This document shows, piece after piece, positions 8,965-21,481 of a stretch of 64,000 bases of DNA. The position numbers and the translations under genes are program-made. The notes under the pieces are model-generated. The model searched no databases and had not been told where the DNA came from. It saw only the letters and a list, made by a program, of their open reading frames with translations. The stretch comes from Zygnema circumcarinatum SAG 698-1b. Taxonomy: Eukaryota > Plantae > Zygnematophyceae. The first letter of the stretch is position 1; each line of letters starts with the position of its first letter. The stretch spans positions 19,292-83,291 of the forward strand of contig CM074822.1 of the NCBI GenBank assembly GCA_037447605.1, in the 5' to 3' direction.

Positions 8965-11900
8965 TCAAGGACCGCCAAGGCTCCCTAGATGTTTCTTTAA
9001 AGCTCGATCTTTCCGTCTATGGTTGGCGACAGATGCTTTTTGTTGCTCCTTCCGAGCAAATGACCTTGATTCTCCCGCCTGCGCCATTGCAGGTCCCCTT
9101 CCACCTCCAACGCCACCCCTGCCACGGCCGCCCCTCCATCCCGCTTCTGCAACTCCTGCCTCCCCTGGGCCTCCCTCGTCGTCATCGTCCTCATCACTGC
9201 TCTCCACGTTTGCCAGCAAGTGTGCTCGGTTGCCGCCTCTTCCTAAGCCAAATATAGTTTCTGCTTCCACCTTCTTCAGAGCCTCTGCTTCCTCTGCCGA
9301 ACCAACAGCGACAGATCCCGCTACTCGGTAACTATAGTTCTTTCCATCTTTCAGATAGAACTGTGGGCCTGCAGACTTATCTAAGCTTTGCCCCTGTCTT
9401 GGCCCTCCCCGACCAGTCACAACCGGGTACTTTATGCCAGCAGCACCGGCTTGCCCTCCTCTCCCCTCCGCCCTCTCTGTATTGAGACCTTTTCCCAACG
9501 ACCGTGTCTCTGCACCTCCTCTCCCACCACGTCCTTCAGTTGGACCCACCGTTCCACTTGCCCGTCTGACAAAGGACCCACCTCCACTTTGCGCTGCAGG
9601 GGTTGCCCTGAGACTCTCAGAAACATTCCTCTCGCCCTCCAATGCACCGCTCGTGCCACGTCTCATCTGTGCGTCCAGCACATTCTCCAACTCCTCTTCT
9701 CCGCCACCAGCACCAAATGTGTCAAGATCATCGAACGAGTCATCGTACTCATCCTCGTATTCTATTTCCGCATCTTTCGCATATCTGCGAATCTTCGCAG
9801 CATCTTCACTTGCTCGCCAGTCCACCAACTTCTCGTCCCCCTTGTGTTTCCTTACGAATCTTCCTTCCGGCAATCCTAAGCCCGCCGCTTCCGCAGTAAC
9901 AGAGCTGCTACCTCCTGCTGCAGATCTTGCCTCGTCTAGGCGCACACCACCACCGTCTGTGACTTGCCGTCTGCCAACGCTCCTTTCGGAGGCCATACTT
10001 TCCATCACTTTGGCTTTCCCTTTGTCAGTCGCAGCAACTGTCTGCTTCTTGGGCAACTCAGCGGAGTGGACATCCAACGAAGCCAAATCCTCATGTAGGG
10101 TGCCTTCCAAGATGTGCTCGATCACTGCCTCTGCACTGCCGTCATACACTTCAAGGCAGGCAGCAAGAAAGCCATCACCAAAGTCTGGCAAGAGGTCCTT
10201 GATCTGACTGATCTTCGACTGTTGGATGGCCATCAAGCTCGCGTCCTCGCAAGCTGCCGGGCTCACACTTCGACCGGAAGAGATCGGGACTCTGCGAGAG
10301 GGAGAGGGAGAGGGAGAGAGAGGGGGAGAGGGAGAGGGCCCTGCGAGGGAGCGGACGTGCTCGAACTGAGCGCCGTCCAACGAAATTGCGCCTGCAAGGG
10401 AGGCCCCTCCCTACCATGGCAGTGAGTGCGATAGAACATGGCCAGCAGAGAGGGAGAAAGCAGCGGAACTGCACGTCAAACAGACACGGATCTGCGACCT
10501 GACATGCTTATCAAGAGAGACCTGCACGGTTTACGAAGGACATAAGCCCATTGAAAAATTGAGAATTAATTAACTGACTTAACTAAGAAGGTCTAAAAAG
10601 TTGGCCAAAGAAAGCACCTAATCTCTCACATTTTCAGGCATGAAAACGAACCCCTAAGGTTACAGTTAGGATGTCCAAAGAGTTCCGCAATAGAAATCCA
10701 GAACACAACGTATCGCTTGCAAGCGAATGCAACTTTCGGACCGGAAGGAAGGCATGGCACTGGAGAAACATGCATGCAGCGATGTTATTGGCAGCATAGC
10801 ATAGCCATCTTCCCAACCCCATTAACTGCATTTAAATAGCTTGCCTGTGGTCCTCAAGAATAAACCAGAATGTGCATAATGTAAAGAACTGCGACTGTTG
10901 CTCATTTAATCCTCCACTGTCAATACGTCAAACAGGTGCGTAGGTGAGTCAAAGGCTATAACGTTTTCAAAGTTGCTTTCTCGCCCATCCACTAGCATTT
11001 AGAGCCACGTGCAAAGCTTGCTGCAGACACTGCATCAAGTCGTCTGTCTCGTTCAGTAGGTCTACTTCGGGCATCGCCCCAAATCCTACTGCAGCCTTTT
11101 GTGATTGACTATAAACTGGCTTCCATATTCAAAGAGAATTAGATAAAATTTCTAATATTTGAGAACTTAGATATTCAATCATCCAACCCTCCTGAAAGTC
11201 AGAAAACTGCCCATCAGAATCAGACAGCACACCTCATTGCAACTCACCTTTCTCCATGGCAGTCCGGACCGACGTGACGAGTGCGTATCTGCGTTCGACT
11301 GCCCTCAAAAGACTCCCTCTTCTTTCAAATCCCCCGCCTCCCTCCCCACTCTCCTCTGACCCCACGGAGAGGGTCACGAGTGCGTGCAGCAACGCCTCCC
11401 CCCTCTCCGCCGACCTCTCCGCCACCCTCCCCTCCCCCTCCCCCTCCCTCTCCTCCTCGCCGGCTTGTAGGCAGCCATGGCGGAGAAGCAGCCACAGCAG
11501 CTCTGTCAGAGCTCGGCGTACAGGGACCAAGGGCCACAGCGCCGCCATGGATGGAGGGGTCTCCTCGGAGGGGGAGTCAGCGGTAAGGGTCTGCCGAAGA
11601 GTTGGCAGAAGGGAGTCATAAACCTTCGCTAGGGTAGGGAGAAAAGAAGCCCCGGTGGTGTCTGCCTCGCTGAAACCAAAGTTTCATCCCCCCCCCAATA
11701 AACCCACCAGTCGCTGAGGAATACTCAAGATCAAAGAACATGGGTCTTACTCGGTGGGGTTCTGGTTTGTCAAGTTTCGTGTTAGACGCTCGTCGCGGAC
11801 AAAATGTGTAACATCATGTACGAAATGGTCATTGAGTTTTACAATTATGCAAGCTTCTCCGTATTCTGCAAGCACATTCTACCCTCCTCAACTTAACATA

Positions 11901-14900
11901 CATCTACAAAGTCGTGTTTGACCTGAAATATTGTGTCTATACAGATGGATCACTAGCACATGCCATCAGCGGACAGACACGGCATAAGCGAAAGAGGCTG
12001 TCAAGTTTGGGAAATAGACTGTAGTGGGTCGTCAAGTGGTCGCCAACCTTACGACCACAGACAGACGCATGCGGCGAGTGCGTGTTCATGGACTCACTCC
12101 CTCCCTCCCTCCCTCCTTCCCTCCTTCCCTCCCTCCCTCCCTCCCTTCCTCCTGACCCCAGACAGACACGTGCGGCGAGTGCGTGTTCATGGGACTCACT
12201 CCCTCCCTCCCTCCCTCCCTCCCTTCCTCCTGACCCCAGACAGACACATGCGGCGAGTAAATGTGTTCATGGGACTCACTCATCAGAGAGGAAGCACTCG
12301 GCGGCCGGGGGATGCGCTGACACAAATGCCGTTAGCGTGCTGGCAACGTCGAGCATGTATCGCAGCACCTGCAGCATTAAAATGGCGAGCCAAGGATGAC
12401 TGAAACCCTTGTCAAAAAGGGCCCCTTGAGGAACTCACATTCTCATGTCGCGGAACCACAAACGTCGCAATTAGAGTGCGAAGAGCATGTAACTCGCATG
12501 GTAACAATGAGGAGTTCACTCCACCTTTTCCCCAACCTAACGCTAGATCAGTTGATTCAAAAGCGTACTCATTGCTAAACAACACAAATTCAGGCTATGG
12601 CTATCGGCATTCCGCAAAAAATCTATAAGATTTTAACAATTATCGGCTGAGATTGAGAAGCAAGAATGAGCCATATTCTTGAGAATGAGACTGAGAAGCC
12701 AATATCCAGATACAAGGGGCCGCAGTAGTCAGGTGATCAGCCCTGCCTCCCTGCACCTGTCCTCACAGGCAGAGCCCGAGTAGTGAGCACTGACGTCAAG
12801 CAGCTCCTTTCGAACTTCTGTCGAAGATGAACCCCCCCGCTCCCGCTCTGCGCTCATCCCCTGAAGGGGCAACAACAGTATCAAGCAATTATGTGCAACA
12901 CAAGAATGTACTTGCAGCCGCAATAACAGTAAACAAGTGGCTGAAAACAAAGCAAGCACTTTTAACTTACAAACTGCAAGATCTTCAAAGCTAAACATTC
13001 GAGCTCAGTCTCCCTACCTTCGCTGCTGCAATCGAGCGGCAGCACATGGTGTCCAGAGTTCGCGTTACATGCGATAGCACCGTTTTGATATCTTCGTAAA
13101 ACTTGGGTTGTCGCTTGAACACATTCCCCACCTGTACAACCTCAGCATGTAAACGAATTGAGGCACAAACATCGAGCTAAAGCTCAGCGTTTCCGATCTG
13201 TTCTCAACACGGTCCCAGAAAGGAAGCTGAACAAATATCCTACTAGCAGCCACGTTAAACAACGCAGCTCATATGCGAATAGCACTTTAAAGATTCATCA
13301 TCTGCAAACATATGTCATACCAGCATCCGTGTAAGGTCAGGATTGTCGCGCCCATAAATAGCGCAAACATCGAACAGCTTTGGCACGTCCAGCAGGCAAC
13401 TCTCATATAGCAGCGCTGCATGCAGGGTGAGGGCAGCCATTGAAGGACATTGTCAGATCTCGAGTGCAATGAAGACCCTCCGGCCAGATTCATCCCCATC
13501 AACAGAAAACGATCTCAATGTCGTCACCTTAAACACCCTATGTACCTGCCTGAAATACAGTTGCCAGAAGTGCAATCGAAGTCATATCTTGTCATCATAA
13601 TTGAACACCGCTGCACCCAAAAAGATTCTGACTCATGCCACAAACGGAGCAAACGATGCAGGTCCGGATAGGCAGCAGGTCACTCAAGCACCTGCATGCT
13701 CTCCTGCGTGGAGATTCTCGTTGACATGAACTCCTCGCTCTTGATTGGAAGACCTGCATGGCGGACTTAGACGTGGTTTAACCCCGGGCGGCAATGTGCT
13801 CGTGCACATGCAATCTCAGTGTAGTGCAAGAGTGTGCAATGTCTACCAAACAAAGGAACATCATCATCTCCCAACTGGTGCTACAGAACTGGTCCAGGTT
13901 GAGAGGGGGAAAAGTAACGCCAAGAGCTACCTTCCCAAGCTAACTGTCCCATGATCACGTATCCCATGAAGCCCTTCTGCCTTCCACGAAGAAGAATTTT
14001 AGCATCCAAAACTAGAATGAAGAGAATATTCATCCTGATCCGGAGGCGTTAAGTTTTCTTCAGAACAGACGAAACTACCGTTCTCCTCATGTGGTGGAAC
14101 TACTTGTGTTATTCCTAAAGACGTTCCCTTCCTTGAAAAGGGGGGTGGCAGCTCACATGCGGAGCAGCACCATGAACACGCGACGCGCAAGCTCTGCGTC
14201 CCCCGCCACAACACCCGCTGAGGGAGGCCCGTCCGTTCCCATGCTCTCCATATCAAAGGAACGCCTCTTGTAACGGAGATATGTGTCAAGGAAAAAAAGT
14301 AGGGAGTTGTCTTGCACCACTGCATCCCCCAGCAAAAGTGGTACAGATATTTTGTCAGACCATAAGTGGATTTAATGGAAGACTGGTCAGCCTTGTGCTC
14401 CTCGGAATAGTAAAATCTCCACGAAGATGAGATCTGAAGTGTGGACAGAAAGTATAGCTTGAAATAATTAGCTATCAAGGCTAGAAACAATAGAGAAAAG
14501 AGAAACGATAGAGAAAGGTTACATTGCTAAACACTTAGCTGCTAAAATGCTTTTTTTCATAATTGTTCACAGTCAGTACATGTTAAAAATGAAAAAAAAC
14601 AAGGTTCAAGTTGTACTATATACATTATTTAGATTTTGCTTTGCTATTTTAACTTGCACTGACATCGAATTATAGTTGAAACATTGAAAACATAGTTTGA
14701 AGCCCTTCACAAATAGATTCTTTGGGTGGGCTTCCCTTCATGCAGCTGAGGATAAGGTACCAGCGACCTTCCATTCATTATTCGCGCGAAGAACATTCTG
14801 GGAGCGCGAGAATGAATGACCAAACTCGTTTCCTAGCAGAAAGATGTTGCGTACTTTATCACGTGACTAGTCGCCTGGTTATTGTGTACAGCTTTCATGG

Positions 14901-15571
14901 TTGTCGGCCAGCAAGCGTAAGGCTTCACGTACTGTGTGCTACGGACCTTGCTTCCAAAATTCACGCGGCTGCAAGGAGAGGAGTGCGGCCAACTGGCGGT
15001 TCGTGTGATCCACGAACTCCTGCGCAGCCGCAGGGTCGCCTTCAGCCGCGCCCCATGCCAGCGCCTCATCCTGCGGAAGGTACGGCAAGAAGGGCCCCAG
15101 AGAGAGAGGCGCCCTCTGCTGCTTTGAAGGATTGCTGCGAACTCGTCCGTCGCCTATCGTTGATGAGCGGAGTTCCGGCTTTTCTTTTCCCGTCAGTGCG
15201 CCACCAAGACCGGCATCAAGAGGCTCGGCTCGCACGAAGCCCTCCTGCCCCGCGCGTGCGGGGCCGAAGCCAGGAGGAGGGCCCCGCGGTGCTCCCTCCC
15301 GAGCTGGAGCTGCAGCCTGAGGCCGGGTCCCGGCAGAGGCACGGGGCTGGCCGGACCCTGCGTCGCGCGTCTCTCTTCGGAAGTCTCGGAATCCGGGAGG
15401 AGCTTGCAGCTCTGCGCCCAGAGGGAGAGGGAGAGGGAGAAGGCCCCGCCCGCTCGCTCTCCCGCGCCCTCCAAATTCGCCGTGCCGCTGCGGGCCTCGA
15501 CCGCGGCCCGGAGCCTGCGGAGGTGCGCGGTGAGGAGCAGCGACAGGCGGCTGCTGCTCTCGCGCGGCCAT
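8965..15571 (-). CDS. ASCC2: Activating signal cointegrator 1 complex subunit 2 (CUE-domain protein), multi-exon
   Basis: Exon 1 is 14947-15571 (FLPYLPQDEA...LLSLQPREFWKQ). The exon from 14319 reads FFLDTYLRY...GDAELARRVFMVL. The last exon has a CUE domain (ISQIKDLLPDFGDGFLAACLEVY), EYEDEYDDSFDDL, YLKDGKNYSYRVAG and HRRKDRALKK, with the stop at 8965. Middle exons were only partly resolved. Confidence 0.9.
12057..12280. repeat. Intronic ~80-100-bp tandem repeat (2.5 copies) with variable (CCCT)n core
   Basis: CAGACAGAC...GCGGCGAGT...GTGTTCATG(G)GACTCACT recurs at about 12057, 12159 and 12237. Confidence 0.85.
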
Positions 15572-15756
15572 GGCCGCGGAAGCAGGCACTAGGCAGGTGC
15601 CGGTGCGCGAGGACGACGTGAGGAGGCCGAGCGCGGGCGCGAGGGCGCGAGGACGCGACGAGGGAGGGAGCGAGGGAGGAACGGAGGGGCGGAGGGAGAG
15701 AGGAGAGGGCGGAGGTTGCGTCGCGCGTGCGGCATGGCACGGCACGGCACGTCGCT

Positions 15757-15805
15757 TCACGTCACGTCACGTCACGTCACGTCACGTCACGTCACGTCAC
15801 GTCAC
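15757..15805. repeat. (CACGT)n pentamer microsatellite upstream of ASCC2
   Basis: About 9-10 perfect units, roughly 190 bp 5' of the ASCC2 ATG. Confidence 0.9.
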
Positions 15806-15862
15806 GCGGCATTGGGCCTTGAGCCCCGTTCTCTGAGAAAAAGGAACAAGGCCAGAGCTGGC

Positions 15863-16225
15863 TGGGGAGGGGTGGGGGTGTGGGGGTATCGGGGAGGGGT
15901 GGGGGTGTGGGGGTGGGGGTGTGGGGCATCGGGGAGGGGTGGGGGTGTGGGGGTATCGGGGAGGGGTGGGGGTGTGGGGGTTTCGGGGAGGGGTGGGGGG
16001 TGTGGGGCATCGGGGAGGGGTGGGGGGTGTGGGGCATCGGGGAGGGGTGGGGGTGTGGGGGTTTCGGGGAGGGGTGGGGGTGTGGGGGTTTCGGGGAGGG
16101 GTGGGGGTGTGGGGGTATCGGGGAGGGGTGGGGGTGTGGGGGTATCGGGGAGGGGTGGGGGTGTGGGGGTTCGGGGAGGGGTGGGGGTGTGGGGGTATCG
16201 GGGTGGGGGTATGGGGGTATCGGGG
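15863..16225 (+). repeat. G-rich 27-bp minisatellite, ~13 copies
   Basis: Unit GGGGAGGGGTGGGGGTGTGGGGG(TA/TT/CA)TC. Confidence 0.95.
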
Positions 16226-16587
16226 ACGGCGGTCGGAGCACCACCTGCGACGAGGCAGGGGCGAGGAGGGGACTGGCGAAGCAGCGGCAGACAGGCCCAA
16301 GCCCAGCCCCCGCCCCGGCATGTGCACAAGCCATTGGGGGCATCGCTGCGCGGCACATGAGGGCCCCCACGGGCGCGGCCGCACGGACTGTCTCGTGCAA
16401 TGTGCACATCGTCATGGCCGAACAAAATTGATCAATTTCATTCACTCAGCTCAAGAGCGCTATTCAAAAAATACATAAAGCCGGTGTCAGGCAGGCCTCA
16501 CCGCATAACCTCCCTCACCCCCCAGTTCCCAAGATGCCCGCTCAGGGCTGAGCCGCAATTCTGATCCTATGCTTCGCTCCAACATGC

Positions 16588-19500
16588 CTAGGGAGCCGGT
16601 ACACAAAACCCGACTTGTATGCCTCTTTTAGTGACTCTGTCGTACTCCTGGCTTCGCAGTGCAAAACAGTAATTCACCTGCACATACCAAGCGAACAAGG
16701 TGCCGGAAATGAATCAGCCAAACATGCAACGGGACAGAACCCCAATACTGTCAGTGTGAAACATCCAGCAAAAGGTCTTGGGAGATGGTGGCAGTTGCTG
16801 CAATAGAAACACTCGTTTCCATGCCATAGTTCACAATTTGGACAAGGGTGACTCAACCCACCTCCAGTCGCCCCAACATGGTCGGAAACACAATCCCGAG
16901 CCCCGCGGAGTATCTCATACTGTTTGAAACCTCCTTGGCAAACTCCCGCGGGGCTTGCCGAATTCCTGCAGCGCTTGAAAGCGGCAGCAGGTTTGCGGCA
17001 CAGGCGAACACGTGGCCATGAATCCCAAACCTCCTGAGCAGCTCGCTGGGCAAGTCAAACGACAGCCCCGCCGTAGCGGCCAGCAGGATGTCCCCCCCCA
17101 GCTGGTCGCGTCCGCTCCCTTCTGCCCGCTCGTCTGTTGGCCCAATCCCGCGTCTCCGAAAGCCGCGCAGCACGTCCGGGCCGCCAATAAAGAAGCGGTC
17201 ATTGATGAGGGAGGGGCGGCCCTGGGCGGACCATGGAAGCAGCAGGCCTCCGTGGACAGTTCCGGTAAGCGCAGCGTTGAACAGACCAAGAGGCACTGCC
17301 ACGTGCGCTTGTACGTCCTGCACAACTCTCCAGTGACCCACACAGGCTATAGGCGTCACATGACGGCGGCGTGCTGCTATAGTTATGGAGCCTTCAGCTT
17401 TAGGGGTTGCCACTCTGTTTCAGTTAAAGAATTTGATTTGTTCAAAATCTAAGACGGGATATGCAGGGCTTGTTTAATCACTTGGTGGGTACGACACTCA
17501 ACTCTTGAGGTTAATAATTGGAAAGTGCCGGCAAGTGTTTCTCCATCCTCCCTTCCATTGATTTTGTTACCTCACCAATACCATCTTTTTCTCGGTAGCT
17601 AAGCACTTATTCCCAGCCCAAATTCTGCAATAGTGAAGCTGCCTGCAACTAACCGAATGCGTAACCCCAAGTTCAAGTGACAGAAACGCTGTCAAACACA
17701 CAAGCAAGTCATCGCTCACCTGCTTCACAAATTGCACAAACTTGGAGCCCGGACCAAGTCCTGCAATCTCCGACGTGGCTGAAAATGCATAGCCCCGCGT
17801 GGGTCGCATGGTCGAGTCCCTTCGTTCCACGCTGTATGTGTAGTGCACCGATGACAGCAACGAGTGGCCCAACATGCGCCGAATGGCCGGGGATGCTTTC
17901 TCAGAGTCCTTGTTGTTCCTCCAGGAAAGTCTATTGCCCATGTTATGCGAACCAATATGATATCCAATGGATAAACCTCTCACGCCCTGTGTGTGGGAGG
18001 AATGGCGCTTCCAACATCGCCAGAAATATTCCAGTCGCTTGGAGAAGTGCCCACGGCTACCTCCAATGCGCGGAAAATGAAAGCCAAGAGAAAAGTTGCC
18101 GCTGCCTTCCTGTCCATATGCCAGCTGTGCGTCCACTGTTTCGCCATGACCCAGCTTATTCTTCAGGGTTCCTTGTGCCTCCACTGTGTGCTCTTCTCCC
18201 TGTGAAGCACATAGCACCCTGCTCTATCAGCCATGGATTCCAACTTTCTAGAAGAAAACGCGTCTGCAAGACAATATGACGTAGATGAAAACCCAGCCGG
18301 CCTGTGAGCGATCAAACGAAAGAAATCATATGCAATGCCGAAACTGCTTAAGTTTGGCGGCATTTATCCCACGAACGTGACTTTCCTCCAACTCTCTGTT
18401 GTTCGACAAGGCAGAACATAGCCTAAATTTCATGTGAGGTCCAACATATGACAGAGTGTTAAGGACCCAAACAAAGTAATGGAGAGCAGCATGGAGGAGC
18501 AGAGATGGAGTTGAAAAGATGGAAATGATCAAAGCATTTATTGCAATGTACAGTGTCAGCAAGCAGCTCCAGGCCCTCTTCTGACGAAAAGTGATCAGAT
18601 CATTCGCTTTCTATTGGGGAAGTACTATGCAAGAGGCCGCTACCTGAGGTTTTCAATACCTAGTTCCTGGCTTGCATGCTCTGTCAGAGTGTCGCGAGAC
18701 TGGAAAGCCTCACGAGTTGTGCACAGATATTGGAAGGTAGCCCAGCTGTAGCGTTAAGTGCCACGTGCATTGCCAAGCTAATGGCGAGGTAATGACTTGA
18801 AGCTACTTTCTACGTTTAGGGTTGGTTTGTTGCGTGCACTTTGGTGCTCTTCTGGCGCACATCCGCTGTACAAGTTCCCAGGGCGTCCATGGAACGGCAT
18901 GTGCATGTCATCCCGGTGGCTACCTGCGGTCTCTCCACGCAGGTAGCCACAAAGAGCACCTCTGGCCTTGACGCAGGTATTTAATATACAAATCATGCCT
19001 TTGCGGATCTCTCTCTGAATGTACTCCTCTCTTTCAGCCCAACTTAAACACTTTGCTTATGAAAATCTATGAATCCTGAGCATTCGCATATAATCACCCT
19101 TTTCAAAACTTCTTATGCAAAGCAGAGTGCATCTCGGTTCAAACTTCAAAAAAAAAATAAGTTAGGTCCCTTGAGAACTTGTCTTTTGCATAGACTAAAA
19201 AAAAAAAAATACAAAATGCAGCAGAATCCAGCCACGTTTCAAAAAAATCGAAAGGAATTTTTTTTTGGCTTGTCTAGTTACCTGTATAAACGTTCCAACA
19301 CTTGCAGAATGTCCCGCATTCTCCTTGACAGTCACATACACATCCGCTGTTCCGAAATCCGGCCCTTCGTCTGCCTCAATAGTCACACTTTCAAAGATGC
19401 CCAAGGCCAGCAGGCCGTTTCTAGCCTCTTCCAAACCTTCATTGAGCTCTTGAAAGGTGGTGGCCACGTTGGCAGCCTCCAGCTCGTGCTTAATAACGTG

Positions 19501-19722
19501 CTCTCTGGTTCTCTCGTTCCCCCTGATGATAATTTCATGTATGCGGCAGGGCTTGTCCTTGATTTCTTCTAGCAGCCGGGCCGAGTCCAGCGAGGCTCCA
19601 TCTTCCGCGTCTTCCTCGTCCCACTCCTCTTCTTCGTCTCCTCCATTCTGATCGTGCGGCAGCTCATTCACATGCGCAGGTTCTGTGTGACGCGGCTCCG
19701 CAGGCTGCTGCTCGGCAGCCAT
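16588..19722 (-). CDS. SAM50: Mitochondrial outer-membrane Omp85 beta-barrel assembly protein SAM50/TOB55, 4 exons resolved
   Basis: Exon 1 (19282-19722) has a POTRA domain (IHEIIIRGNERTREHVIKHEL). Barrel motifs include RRDSTMRPTRGY, DRFFIGGPDVLRGFRRRGIGP, LGGDILL and RYSAGLGIVFPTMLGRLE. The last exon (16588-16677) is VNYCFALRSQEYDRVTKRGIQVGFCVPAP*. Confidence 0.93.
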
Positions 19723-21481
19723 GGCCGGGCCCGCCGCAGTGAGAGGGCGAGGGCAGTGCTGAGCGGAGTGGAGGTGAGCGCTTCCTTCCAAGGTCCGAGG
19801 GAGAGAGGGAGGGAGGGGGGGAGCGCCCTCGCGGCGAGGGCATCGTCAAATAAGGGAATTTTTGAAAAAACAAATCCCTTAAATCCCTTGAGCAAGACTC
19901 AGATTTTTGCTTCATAGAAAGCCGCCTGTATATGGAAAAAACTAGAAAAAAAAAACTTAACGAGGCGTGTACGACGTACGGATGAAACGAAATACCCGCC
20001 CGCCCGCCCGCCCGCCCGCCCGCCTGCCTCGCTGTTGGCTTGTCTCTTTTGAAGCCCGACATGCCGCCAATGACGGAGAGCAAGACGAAGGCTGTGATGT
20101 TCCAACAAGGGCACGACAACACGAGTGGTCGCAAGGTCGCTGCTCGACTCACCAACAACAACAGGCCTTGGGTACGGGTCTCAGTTGAAGGGCTTGTGCG
20201 TAACTTTCAGTTGTTGGCATTGCCACGGGTTGGTTGACCGGCGTGTTGATGCTTGAAGCGTCGGTGAAGTTCATGGATTCTTCATGCAGCCACTCCCTAT
20301 GGCGAGAAACATTAGACCCGAGCGCAGCGGGTGCTAAAGAAGAGTGGGAAAAAGGCCAGAAAAGGGTGTGTCCACTTGTGGAGGCAGTGATGATGTGATG
20401 ACATTCGAATGCTAATATGAGACCAAAACTTCTTCCAAAGTATAAAGAAAGTACAAAATAGTACGAGCAAGTACAAAAAAGGTACAAATCCTTTAATTCC
20501 CTTGAACGAAACTCAAAAGTATCCCTTAATGGAGTTAAAAACGACAAACGACCTTCGCGGCTGCTTCTAGGGCTCCGTTGTTGTGCCTAGGCGTAGTTTT
20601 CCGCTCCTAGCTTCGTTTTATCGTGTTTCGGTCCTTTGCGACCAGTCCCTCGTGGTTCCACATTTTGCTTTTGTCCATGTACATTTGATGGCCTCGCCAT
20701 CGCGAGTTCAATGAAAGTTTCCCACAAAAACGAGTTTTATGCGAATTCCATTGTTTGACAGGGCAGCCGTACGGCGCCGTACAGTTCCGCGTACAGTACT
20801 GTACTGTTGCGTAAAGTACAGTACGGGTTCGTACGGTCCATGCGCGGCCTCCCGCGAGTTTGTCGTCGAGCAGCGCTGTCCGGCTTATGTCCGAGGGCTT
20901 CCGTCCGCGGGAGGGAGGGAGGGAGGGAGGAAGGAGGGGGGGCATGCGTGGGAGGAAAGGAAGTGGAGTCAGCGCTGGACGGGAGAGGAGGAGGTCCTGC
21001 AAGGCTGTCCGCTCAGCTCATGCCATGAACGACTGCTTCCGTCGCCGGCAATTCTGCCCAATTACTTCGACATTTCAGCAGCTCCACTTCATCGTTGTGA
21101 GACATTCAGTGGGGTTGGCGAGGTTCCGGCTCGTTTGGCCCTGTAAAAGAAATCGGAATTCTTTGCAGCCGTAATGACCAGACAACTTTCGACCCAGAAA
21201 CCGACACCATTTAAAAAGAGGGACCACTTGCAGCTTGCGCCTGACTGTCGTGGCTACACGCTACTACTTTACAGCGCGCGGTCATCTACTGCGGCTGTCC
21301 ATCCATCGCACTATACAGCGCCTCCGGCGAGGGCACATGCCGTCCCACACTACCAACTTCACGAACCGCGGTCGAGAGCGGATGTGCAGAATGATGCTGA
21401 AGGTGAGCGGCTGTACACTGTCCTTCCCCGTCTCCAAGTGCGGACCTGCTAATGTTTAATTTATTCTCCCCACGCAGTCCG

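Noticed and set aside
9388-10474. Long plus-strand ORFs over the ASCC2 last exon, and similar antisense ORFs over other GC-rich exons
   Set aside because: These are shadows of GC-rich coding sequence with no recognisable motifs.
15716-16478. Pro- or Gly-rich ORFs in all six frames
   Set aside because: They are products of the stop-free 27-bp minisatellite.
19851-20528. Possible MITE bounded by TAAGGGA...TCCCTTA
   Set aside because: The inverted match is only about 13/16 and I found no TSD. The similarity is partly a direct repeat (CAAATCC.TTAA.TCCCTTGA), so it is too weak to call.
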